64,000 nt of DNA from Deltaproteobacteria bacterium (GTDB lineage Bacteria; Desulfobacterota; Desulfobacteria; Desulfobacterales; SG8-13), in the NCBI GenBank assembly GCA_041299015.1, contig JBFYWB010000054.1, positions 2,526-66,525 of the forward strand, read 5' to 3'. Positions 44,716 through 53,162 of this stretch are shown piece after piece; positions within the stretch are counted from its first letter, which is position 1, and each line of letters opens with the position of its first letter. Both the position numbers and the translations under genes were made by a program. A model generated the notes under the pieces. The model had not been told where the DNA came from. It made no database searches and saw only the letters and a program-made list of their open reading frames with translations.

Positions 44716-45326
44716 ATGCCGGAGGCAATGCCGATGACTTTGCCGTGAATGTCGATGAGGGGACCGCCGCTGTTGCCGCGGTAAAGCGACGTGTCGACCT
44801 GCAGGAATTTTTCGAATGCCCGTCGAACATGACCCCTGGTCACAATGACATTGATGGTCGTCTCCTTAGTCCGGCTACCGAGAGGAAAACCCAAGGTGAT
44901 AACCGGCAGAAATTTTGGAATCTTGAGTGGGTCCATCCCATGGTCGAGGGGCAGGGGACGCAGTTGCATTGGAACCGGATCGATTTTAAGCACGGCAAAC
45001 AGTCTGCCGTCTTCCAGCCATGGACAGGCGACATGGCGGTTGGTCAGCAGGTAACCCTCGGGATCGGCCAGAAAGGCCGTGCCTTCGGTACGGTTGCGGT
45101 AATAGATTTTTTCGTCGCTTTCCAGCCAGTATTCCACCAGCACAAAAGCCACCGATCCGGCGTTTTGATTGGCGTAAGCCGCCAAATCGGGCTTTCCCTC
45201 ATGCAGAACCTCCAAGATCCGGTAGTCGTCAATGGTCTTGCGCCCCTCTGCGACCTCACTGCCGCAGGAAGGACAGCCGGTGATCTCTTCGGCCAGCATC
45301 TGGCCGCAGGTCTGGCAAAGTTTCAT
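44712..45326 (-). CDS. Zinc-ribbon plus trypsin-like (S1/HtrA-type) serine peptidase domain protein. The C-terminus looks short.
   Basis: MKLCQTCG ... CPSCG is the zinc ribbon. TNRHV carries the His and GNSGGPLIDIHGKVIGIASGI the Ser. The ORF ends right after the Ser-motif strand, and its stop overlaps the convergent ATPase gene by 4 nt. Confidence 0.6.
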   Translation of the reverse strand: MKLCQTCGQMLAEEITGCPSCGSEVAEGRKTIDDYRILEVLHEGKPDLAAYANQNAGSVAFVLVEYWLESDEKIYYRNRTEGTAFLADPEGYLLTNRHVACPWLEDGRLFAVLKIDPVPMQLRPLPLDHGMDPLKIPKFLPVITLGFPLGSRTKETTINVIVTRGHVRRAFEKFLQVDTSLYRGNSGGPLIDIHGKVIGIASGI

Positions 45327-45617
45327 TGATTTTCCCCGGTGCTGCAAAACACCTATACGGGAGGGTGGAAATTGTCAATCCGAACAACCGGATCGCTCCG
45401 GGCCTATCGGGAGCCTTCAGCCGCTGCGACGATTGGTTGTGAATTGTGGCCGCGCAGAGAATCCGCTCTTGAAGAATTGGTCGGGAAATGAGATAAACGG
45501 CGCCACCGACTTTGAGGTCAGCAACATGGTGTTCATCCGCGACGATTTGACCCACAAATGACCCCAATTCAGAAGGAAAAAGAAAACCTGACTGACACAT
45601 TCGACCCTTGGAGGCAC

Positions 45618-47195
45618 ATGATGATTCTGAAATTTTCCCACTGGCTCTTCCATCGCCAAATGGTTACCCTTGTTTTTCTGTTTGTCATCCTCAGCGGCTG
45701 TCTCCCGCGCCAATATTCCGAGGCCGCGGCCAACGGTCCGTTTACATATGAAAATGCGATCGATGAAGCGCGCAACCTTTCCCTGGCGCCTTTCAAGGTC
45801 CCGGCCGGTGAGATCCCGGACCGGCTCATGAAAATCGACTATGACGACTGGCGCGACATTCGCTTCAAGCCTCCCCAAGCCCTCTGGCGCGATGAAAATC
45901 TTCCCTTCACCCTGCAGTTCTTTCATCCGGGTCTTTATTATGACCGGACGGTGAGCATCAACGTGATCGAGGCGAACGGCACCGTCCGCCCTGTGCGTTT
46001 TTCGAAAGACCTGTTTGATTATAAGAAAAAGCGGGTTGCGGATCTGGTCCCCGATAATTTGGGCTTTGCAGGGTTTCGGATCCACTATCCGATCAACAAG
46101 CCGGAGTACCAGGACGAGGTGGCCGTGTTCCTGGGGGCCAGCTATTTTCGGGCGGTCGGCCGGCACATGAACTACGGACTTTCAGCCAGAGGGCTGGCCA
46201 TCGACACCTATCTGCCAACCGGGGAAGAGTTTCCGTACTTTCGTAAATTCTGGATTCAGAAACCCGCACCCGACGCAAAACAACTGACCCTCTACGCCAT
46301 TCTCGACGGTCCGAGCATTGCCGGTGCCTACGAGTTTGTCATATCCCCCGGAAAAGAAACCTTGATGGATGTTAAGAGCACGCTCTTTCCCAGGAGAAAG
46401 ATCGAGCAACTCGGCATCGCTCCGATGACGAGCATGTTTTTTTACGGTGAAAACACATCGCTGCGACCGGTTGACGATTTTCGGCCCGAAATTCATGACT
46501 CCGACGGCTTGATGATGGAGACGGGTTACGGAGAGTGGATCTGGCGACCGCTGGTGAATCCGGGAAAACTGCTGGTTACTTCCTTTCAGATGACCAACCC
46601 CAGAGGGTTCGGACTCAGCCAGCGCGACCAGGAGTTTGACCACTACCAGGACATTGAAAGCAACTATGAAAATCGGCCCAGCCTCTGGGTTGCGCCGTCC
46701 GGCAACTGGGGTGACGGGCGCGTCCAGCTGTTCATGATCCCCACCGACGAAGAGATCCACGACAACATCGTGGCTTTCTGGGTTCCGGCTACACCCCCGC
46801 CCGTCGGCAAACCGATTACCTTCGACTACCGCATGAGCTGGCATCACTTTATTGACGGCGGTCGTCCACCGGCCGGTTGGGTGGCGGCCTCCCGCACGGC
46901 CGAGGGTAAAACGGCCGGGACCCGAAAATTTGTTGTTGATTTCACCGGTGATGGGCTGGCGGCTCTCTCCGCCGATCAACCGCTCGAAGCGACAGTGCAT
47001 GTAAGTTCCAACGCCGTGCTGGTGGAACAGCAACTCGCCAAAATCCTGCAAAATGGGCAGTGGCGTCTGGTCTTCCAGGTCGCCCCGCGAGCAGACACAG
47101 ACCCTGGGCGAGCTGAGCCTGTTGAAATTCGGGCCTTTTTGAAAAACGGGCCCGACGTTCTCACCGAAACCTGGAGTTATGTCTACCAACCCTGA
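45618..47195 (+). CDS. opgG: Periplasmic glucan biosynthesis protein OpgG/MdoG family, predicted lipoprotein
   Basis: MdoG-type sequence throughout (FAGFRIHYPIN, YFRAVG, GLAIDT, EFPYFRKFWI, NIVAFWVP). The ATG at 45618 has GGAGG upstream. The signal ends in VILSGC (lipobox). Confidence 0.85.
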   Translation: MMILKFSHWLFHRQMVTLVFLFVILSGCLPRQYSEAAANGPFTYENAIDEARNLSLAPFKVPAGEIPDRLMKIDYDDWRDIRFKPPQALWRDENLPFTLQFFHPGLYYDRTVSINVIEANGTVRPVRFSKDLFDYKKKRVADLVPDNLGFAGFRIHYPINKPEYQDEVAVFLGASYFRAVGRHMNYGLSARGLAIDTYLPTGEEFPYFRKFWIQKPAPDAKQLTLYAILDGPSIAGAYEFVISPGKETLMDVKSTLFPRRKIEQLGIAPMTSMFFYGENTSLRPVDDFRPEIHDSDGLMMETGYGEWIWRPLVNPGKLLVTSFQMTNPRGFGLSQRDQEFDHYQDIESNYENRPSLWVAPSGNWGDGRVQLFMIPTDEEIHDNIVAFWVPATPPPVGKPITFDYRMSWHHFIDGGRPPAGWVAASRTAEGKTAGTRKFVVDFTGDGLAALSADQPLEATVHVSSNAVLVEQQLAKILQNGQWRLVFQVAPRADTDPGRAEPVEIRAFLKNGPDVLTETWSYVYQP

Positions 47196-47339
47196 CGTGG
47201 CCATCGCCAACCGGCCGGGGCATCACTGTATTTCTTTGTCATGCTCCGGCCGGTGATTTCCCGCCTTCCGATCTGCGACGGGCACTGAATTCCCCGGAGA
47301 CCTCGACATCGTATCCATTCAACGGAACCGATAACCGAC

Positions 47340-50300
47340 ATGACGGACAAAGTGCACCAAAAAAACGCTGTCGTAAAGAACCACCAGATTCTGAATGGAT
47401 CCCTTTTCTTGTGCGGCACCCTCGCCGCGGCCGCCTGCAGTTATGCCACCGCTCAGGGGCAGGGGTGGTTGAGCGCCCTGCCGGCGGGTATTCTCGGAAT
47501 GCTCGCTGCCGGGTTCTTTAAGCTGCAATTCACCCGTAAGCTGCTCTCGATCGTTGAAGGGTCTCAGAACTTTCTCGTCCCGGCCATTTTTGCTATCTGC
47601 GTTCGCGCCGGCGTCGACATATGGCAGGTACCCACGACGTGGAATGACCCTTTCGTGCTGACAGGATTGGCCGCGAGCCTTTTCAGCGCCATCTACATTC
47701 TGGTCGTGGTTCAATCCCTGGCCGTTTCCGGCAGACATCCGAAGCCGCTGCTTGCCGCCGCGATCATTGTGATTCCATTTCTTTTCAACGGACTGCTCCT
47801 TATCGGGACCACGGATCTGGTGCGCCGGATCGGAAATGTGGTCTTGCCTGAAAAGGCCATGAGTTCTGTCTTGCCGACATTTCTGGGGCGCAGCGTTATT
47901 CTGGGGTTGTTCAACGAGGCGCTCGCCAACCTGATCGGTCTGCTCGTGGTCAGACGATTGGTCCGGAATGTGCGGGTCCACGTCCTGCTCCTGGGCAGTG
48001 CGTTGTTGGTTTCCTTCACTCCGGAGTTGGCCGACTGGGGGTCGGCCGCCTATCTGGCCAACCTGCCTTGGATTGCCGCCGTCCCGGCAGCCCTCGTTTT
48101 TGCCATGCTCTCCCAGGCGGGTCTCTGGAGCCAGACCTTCCTGGTTACCGGTCTGATAATGGATGCCTTCCACGGGAAGCAGCCGACATGGCACTGGGGC
48201 GCGGACCACTTTCGCTCCGGCTTCACCAAAGGGGCGGTTTACAGCCTCGTTTTCATTTCGATTGTCCAATGCCTGGCCGTGCTGACGCGGATCGATGCCG
48301 TTGTTGCGCTTGTCGTGGCCCATCCCATCTTTTTTTCGGCTTTGGCAGGGGCCCTGACCTTTCCCTTCCTTAAAACCATCATAGAGACCTTTGACGGCAG
48401 CGGCAGATTTTTTCAGAGAGCCGGCCGCAACTACATGGAGGGGGTCAGTTTCCTGCGGGGAGCCGTTCTGGGGGCCTTCTGCGGGGATGCGTTTGCCAAC
48501 AACCTGCCGGCGGCGGACAGCTACCAGCGGTTTTTTTTCGGTCTCCTGGCCGGCGCGACCGGCTATGGAGGGGTCGATATTGTGCGGGACATATTTGAGG
48601 TCCTCACAGGCAAAAGGCAGCGCTTGCAGTCCTGGCGCGTTTATGCGCTGGGCATCGTTTTAGGCGGGATCGCCGGCGGCGGCTTGGCCTGGTACGCAGA
48701 CAGATTGCAGCTGCGGGTGTTGACCAGCAAGTTCTTCAAATACGCTGCGCTCTATTATCCGGCCGCGGATAAGTCGGTTTCGGATTATATCATCTACCCG
48801 CTGTTCAGCAAGTGGGGCGCGCTGAACTTGGGCCACATCCCCGGCGGCGTCCGACTCCTCTACAACGAAGCGCTATCGGGAGTCATCAACTGGTCGCTGG
48901 CCGCGCCGCTTTTCAGTATCAACCTCGTGGTCCTCAACGCCCTTCTCCAACGCAGCAGCGCACCGTTGAAAGAGTTGTTCACGCGCAAAGGGGTGGTGGG
49001 CCTGATCGAACAGGCGGTGCGGGTGTTGCGCTGGGGTCTGTGGATGGCGCCGATAATCTATTCGTTCCTGCGCATGTCCCCGGATCCCACATGGTACAAC
49101 CAAGACGGCGCCATCCGAACGCTGATCGCCACTTACAAGAGCTGGACGCTCGACCCCCAGAGTTTTAGAACCTGGAGCCTGCACGTTTTCCTGAACCTGC
49201 TGGTGTATGACTGGTTCCGCATTCTGATTTGGGTCGACCACATGGGGCTGCGGGTGGCCACCCTGGTCAACTTGTCTTTCGTGGGGGCCGACATCCTGGA
49301 CGAAAAGGCGGCCCGAGCCGTTGGTTTTTCAGCCCGGACCCGCTGCATGCCCATGGGACTGAGGCGGTTTGCCACTTGGGCCCCCCTGCTGATTCCGTTT
49401 TACCTGCCGCGTGGAACGGAATGGAATTATGTCTGGAAGACCTCGGCGGACCGCGCCGCGCAACTGGCCGATACCGCCTGGCCGCCAGTTTTCTTCGTCG
49501 TCGGCGGATTTCTGTTGATTGCCTCTGTTCTGGGACTTTTTTTCACTCTCCACCGGCGCCGGATCCCCCAGACGGCCTCCCTGCCGGCGAGCGATGCGGT
49601 CAACGGCAAAGCGACACCGGATGGGGGCAAAACCTTCGTGCTGTCCAACGGTACCTACACCACCGAGGTCACTTCCGACGGAAGGGGGTACAGCAGGGTT
49701 TTCAGTCCTGCGCGCAAGGGCTTCGAGATCGATATCACCCGCCGGCCGGATGACCCGCTACAGATGCGCGGCAAATTCTTTTATCTCCGGGATGGCGCCG
49801 GCCCCACGGACAATCCGGAGAATTTCTGGTCCATCGGTTTTAACCCGGTCCGGCGCCGGGAAGGCGAATACCGGATAGCGCCAACCGATCCCCTTGCCCT
49901 GAAAATGGTGGCGGTTTTCGGTGGAATCCGCGCCGAAGCGACACTGCGCCTGGACGAAACCGAACCGGTTGAACTCTGGCAAGTGCGGCTCGACAACCTC
50001 GAGAAAAGGTCTCGGATCATTGAACTCATCAGTTATCAGGAGTTCGGGCTGAACAACACCGACGCCTACAGGCGCCATTCCTTTTACAACCACCTGCACA
50101 TCGGGACGCGTTTCGTTCGCCCCATGAATGCGCTTCTGGCCGGCAACCGCCTGGGTAAGGCCGCACAAAAGAACCCAGACCGGCGGCGGGACTCCGGTGA
50201 GACGGCTTTCCACGCGGTCAAGGAGGATCCGCAACACGGGGTTACGCTGATCGGCTACGAGGACTCCAGGGATCATTTCATCGGCCGGCAGAGCCTGTCG

Positions 50301-52820
50301 TCGCCGGCCGGATTGCAGGGCGACACGCGCAATCCCACGGACGAGGGGCTCTGCTATACCTTCGACCCGATTGCCAGCCTGCGTCTGCGGGTGGAACTGC
50401 CGCCGCTCGGCTCGGTTGCCGTGACCTTCGTCGACGGTTACGGTGTTAATGAACGCCAGGCCCTGGAACGCATCGCCAAACATACCGGCCGCAGCCTGCC
50501 GGCGGATATCAGTCATTGGTCCGCGTTTTCCAGAACGCGCCGGCTGAAGCAGACCGTCGCCGAAGAAAAAGACCGTGCCGGCGGCGGTAACGGTTCGCTG
50601 CCCTATCGCTTCTCTGCCGACGGCGGCGAGCTTAGCGTCGGATGGGCCACCCCGCGCCCCTGGAGTCATGTGATGGCCAACCCCCTCGGCTACGGTGCCG
50701 TGGTCTCAAACCAGGGTGCCGTGTATTCTTTCATGAAGAATTCGCAGCAAAACGGATTGACGCCTTTTGAGGCCGACTCCGCCCCGTCGCAACTGCCGGG
50801 GCAGGTCCTGTACCTTATGAACCTGACAACCGGAGAGACGGACACCCCCGCCTTCATTCCCTTCAGAAGAAAAGACCGGTCTTACGATGTCAGGTGGGGC
50901 TTGGGGTATGCGATCTACAGGAATCGAAGCGCTGCGGTCGAGCTGGAGCTGAGCCAGTTTGTTCTGCCCGACCAACCGGCCGAGATCCGGTTGCTCACAA
51001 TCCGCAACCTGACCGGAGACACTCTCCATTATCGTGTGGTGCCCTATTGGCAGATCGTGCTGGGCGAAACCCCGTTGGACACCTGCGGCAAAATCGTAAC
51101 GGATCGTGAGCGGGAACTGTCGGCGCTTTTCTTCTCCAATCCGCACAACGACTTCTGGCGCGGCTGGGCTTTTGCCGCCACGAGCCTGCGCGTGAACGCC
51201 TTTGAGACCGTGCGGTCGAGATTTCTCGGTGGAACCGCGCGGGACCTGACCAACCCCGTCCTGTTGCATAACGGAACGTCCGATGTCGCCCAGCCGGATG
51301 ACGGTTTGCGATGCGCGGCTTTCGTTGGCGAGGTGCTGGTCCCCCCGGCCGGAGAGGTGACGGTGAGCCTGGTTTTCGGGCAGACCCAAAACCGGGAGCA
51401 AGCCGCGGAGATCATCCGTAAATTCCAGGATGTCTCCACGGCCCAAAAGGCTTTTGTCGAAACCAAACAGTGGTGGGTCACCTTTCTCGAAAAGCTGAAG
51501 CTGCAAACCGGCGATGCCGCCTTCGACCGGATGATCAACTTCTGGCTGCCGTATCAGGTGCTGGTGGCCCGCCTGTGGGGTCGGATCGGCCCTTACCAGC
51601 GCAGCGGGGCTTTCGGTTTCCGGGATCAGCTGCAGGACGTCCTGCCCTTCATATCTCTCAAGCCCGAGCTGGCCCGCCGACAGATTCTGCTTCACTCCGC
51701 CCAACAGTTCCGCCAGGGCGACGTCCTGCAGTGGTGGCATCAATCCTGGGAAGATGAGACCGGCATCGGCGCTCACGGACGGGCTTCGGATCCACACCTG
51801 TGGCTTCCCTACATGGTCTATCAATATGTCAAGGCGAGCGGAGACTGGGCCATATTGGACGAAGAAACGTCCTATCTGGAAGGCCGACCGCTGGAGAAAA
51901 TGTCCGCCACCCAGGTGGCCGCGCAGCGGCCGTCACGTGACACGGCGAGCCTCTATGCGCATTGCCTCAAAGCGATCGAAATGACCCTTAAAAAAACCGG
52001 TCCGCACGGATTGCCCCTGCTGGGCGCCGGCGACTGGAATGATGGTCTCGATGCGGCCGGTATCAGAAACAGGGGCGAGAGCGTCTGGCTCGGATTCTTC
52101 TTCCATGATATTTTGATCAACTTTTCCGACCTGGTGGCTAAAAAAGAGGGGCAAGACCGTAAAAAGGAATTTCTGGCCCAAGCGGCCGAGTTGAGAGACC
52201 GTCTCGACGCCACGTGGCTGGGAGATCGATATGTCAACCATTACACCGATGACGGGCAGGTGATGGCCAGGGCCAATGCTCTGGTGACCGCCTGGTCGAT
52301 CATTTCCGGCGTCGCAGGCCCTGACAAGGGGCGGCGGGCCATGGCCACGGCTCTTCAGGAGCTTGAACAAGCGGACTTGGTTCAACTTTTCACGCCGCCC
52401 TTTACAGAACATGACGACATTTACCCCGGTCGACTGGCCGACTATCCGCCCGGTGTCCGCGAAAACGGCGGTCAATACTCTCACGGCGTCTCCTGGCTGG
52501 TCGATGCCTTGCTGTTTCTGTCGGCGGAGGCCCAGGGGCGGGGAGAAACGGAGATCGCCGCCGATTACCGAACCAAGGCCAAGGCGCTGTGGCGCAAGAT
52601 TTCACCGCTCAGCCACTTGTCGCCCGAAAATATGGCGGTGTACGGCCTACCGCCGCATCAACAGCCGGCGGATATCTATTTCGGACCGGGGTACGAGGGC
52701 AGAGGGGGCTGGAGTTGGTATACCGGTGCGGCGGGTCGCATGCTTTTCAATGCCCTCACCCTGTTGGGAATGGAGAAGAAAGGAAGAGAGGTCACCGCTT
52801 CACAGGATGAGCGTTCATAA
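47340..52820 (+). CDS. Giant membrane protein: about 720 aa of polytopic TM region fused to a GH94 (beta-1,2-oligoglucan/cellobiose phosphorylase-like, cyclic glucan synthase C-terminal type) domain
   Basis: 1826 aa. Residues 1 to about 720 are almost entirely hydrophobic helices. The rest contains LSNGTYTTEVTSDGRGYSR, FFYLRD, GDWNDGLD and RENGGQYSHGVSW, typical of GH94. I recognise no GT84 or GT2 motif. Confidence 0.8.
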   Translation: MTDKVHQKNAVVKNHQILNGSLFLCGTLAAAACSYATAQGQGWLSALPAGILGMLAAGFFKLQFTRKLLSIVEGSQNFLVPAIFAICVRAGVDIWQVPTTWNDPFVLTGLAASLFSAIYILVVVQSLAVSGRHPKPLLAAAIIVIPFLFNGLLLIGTTDLVRRIGNVVLPEKAMSSVLPTFLGRSVILGLFNEALANLIGLLVVRRLVRNVRVHVLLLGSALLVSFTPELADWGSAAYLANLPWIAAVPAALVFAMLSQAGLWSQTFLVTGLIMDAFHGKQPTWHWGADHFRSGFTKGAVYSLVFISIVQCLAVLTRIDAVVALVVAHPIFFSALAGALTFPFLKTIIETFDGSGRFFQRAGRNYMEGVSFLRGAVLGAFCGDAFANNLPAADSYQRFFFGLLAGATGYGGVDIVRDIFEVLTGKRQRLQSWRVYALGIVLGGIAGGGLAWYADRLQLRVLTSKFFKYAALYYPAADKSVSDYIIYPLFSKWGALNLGHIPGGVRLLYNEALSGVINWSLAAPLFSINLVVLNALLQRSSAPLKELFTRKGVVGLIEQAVRVLRWGLWMAPIIYSFLRMSPDPTWYNQDGAIRTLIATYKSWTLDPQSFRTWSLHVFLNLLVYDWFRILIWVDHMGLRVATLVNLSFVGADILDEKAARAVGFSARTRCMPMGLRRFATWAPLLIPFYLPRGTEWNYVWKTSADRAAQLADTAWPPVFFVVGGFLLIASVLGLFFTLHRRRIPQTASLPASDAVNGKATPDGGKTFVLSNGTYTTEVTSDGRGYSRVFSPARKGFEIDITRRPDDPLQMRGKFFYLRDGAGPTDNPENFWSIGFNPVRRREGEYRIAPTDPLALKMVAVFGGIRAEATLRLDETEPVELWQVRLDNLEKRSRIIELISYQEFGLNNTDAYRRHSFYNHLHIGTRFVRPMNALLAGNRLGKAAQKNPDRRRDSGETAFHAVKEDPQHGVTLIGYEDSRDHFIGRQSLSSPAGLQGDTRNPTDEGLCYTFDPIASLRLRVELPPLGSVAVTFVDGYGVNERQALERIAKHTGRSLPADISHWSAFSRTRRLKQTVAEEKDRAGGGNGSLPYRFSADGGELSVGWATPRPWSHVMANPLGYGAVVSNQGAVYSFMKNSQQNGLTPFEADSAPSQLPGQVLYLMNLTTGETDTPAFIPFRRKDRSYDVRWGLGYAIYRNRSAAVELELSQFVLPDQPAEIRLLTIRNLTGDTLHYRVVPYWQIVLGETPLDTCGKIVTDRERELSALFFSNPHNDFWRGWAFAATSLRVNAFETVRSRFLGGTARDLTNPVLLHNGTSDVAQPDDGLRCAAFVGEVLVPPAGEVTVSLVFGQTQNREQAAEIIRKFQDVSTAQKAFVETKQWWVTFLEKLKLQTGDAAFDRMINFWLPYQVLVARLWGRIGPYQRSGAFGFRDQLQDVLPFISLKPELARRQILLHSAQQFRQGDVLQWWHQSWEDETGIGAHGRASDPHLWLPYMVYQYVKASGDWAILDEETSYLEGRPLEKMSATQVAAQRPSRDTASLYAHCLKAIEMTLKKTGPHGLPLLGAGDWNDGLDAAGIRNRGESVWLGFFFHDILINFSDLVAKKEGQDRKKEFLAQAAELRDRLDATWLGDRYVNHYTDDGQVMARANALVTAWSIISGVAGPDKGRRAMATALQELEQADLVQLFTPPFTEHDDIYPGRLADYPPGVRENGGQYSHGVSWLVDALLFLSAEAQGRGETEIAADYRTKAKALWRKISPLSHLSPENMAVYGLPPHQQPADIYFGPGYEGRGGWSWYTGAAGRMLFNALTLLGMEKKGREVTASQDERS

Positions 52821-53065
52821 ATGGTCCTTTATTCTTCTCTTCTGTTCCAACAGAACCATAGATGGGGTGTATTGTCCCAATATTGGACACGACTTCCCCT
52901 GCATGATTGCCCCGAATTTCGAATTCACCTAATTTTTATCCTTAATTAATCGTTAATCTTCATTATCACCGACCGCTAACATTTTGTCGACATAGTATTT
53001 TTACGATACAATGCTCATTCGGTGAATGCCGCCGGATCGTTCTGGACCATTTTCATATTTGCCCG

Positions 53066-53081
53066 TGGCACACAAGTTGCT
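53066..53081 (+). promoter_or_regulatory. Sigma-54 (-24/-12) promoter, near-perfect consensus
   Basis: TGGCAC-ACAAG-TTGCT, about 85-95 nt upstream of the first flavoprotein gene and preceded by a 150-nt AT-rich region. Confidence 0.6.
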
Positions 53082-53097
53082 GACCGTGCAGTCTAAT

Positions 53098-53113
53098 GAA
53101 TAACGCGTTATTC
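53098..53113. promoter_or_regulatory. 16-bp perfect palindrome just downstream of the predicted sigma-54 transcription start
   Basis: GAATAACGCGTTATTC. Confidence 0.4.
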
Positions 53114-53162
53114 TTTAACCTTATTATAATCAAAAAAACAGACCGCTAAAGTGAAGCCGAAC

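Noticed and set aside
44712-45326. Ser/Thr-kinase-like N-terminal segment in the protease (DDYRILEVLHEG ...)
   Set aside because: It resembles the start of a kinase domain only over about 10 residues. The glycine loop and all catalytic motifs are absent.
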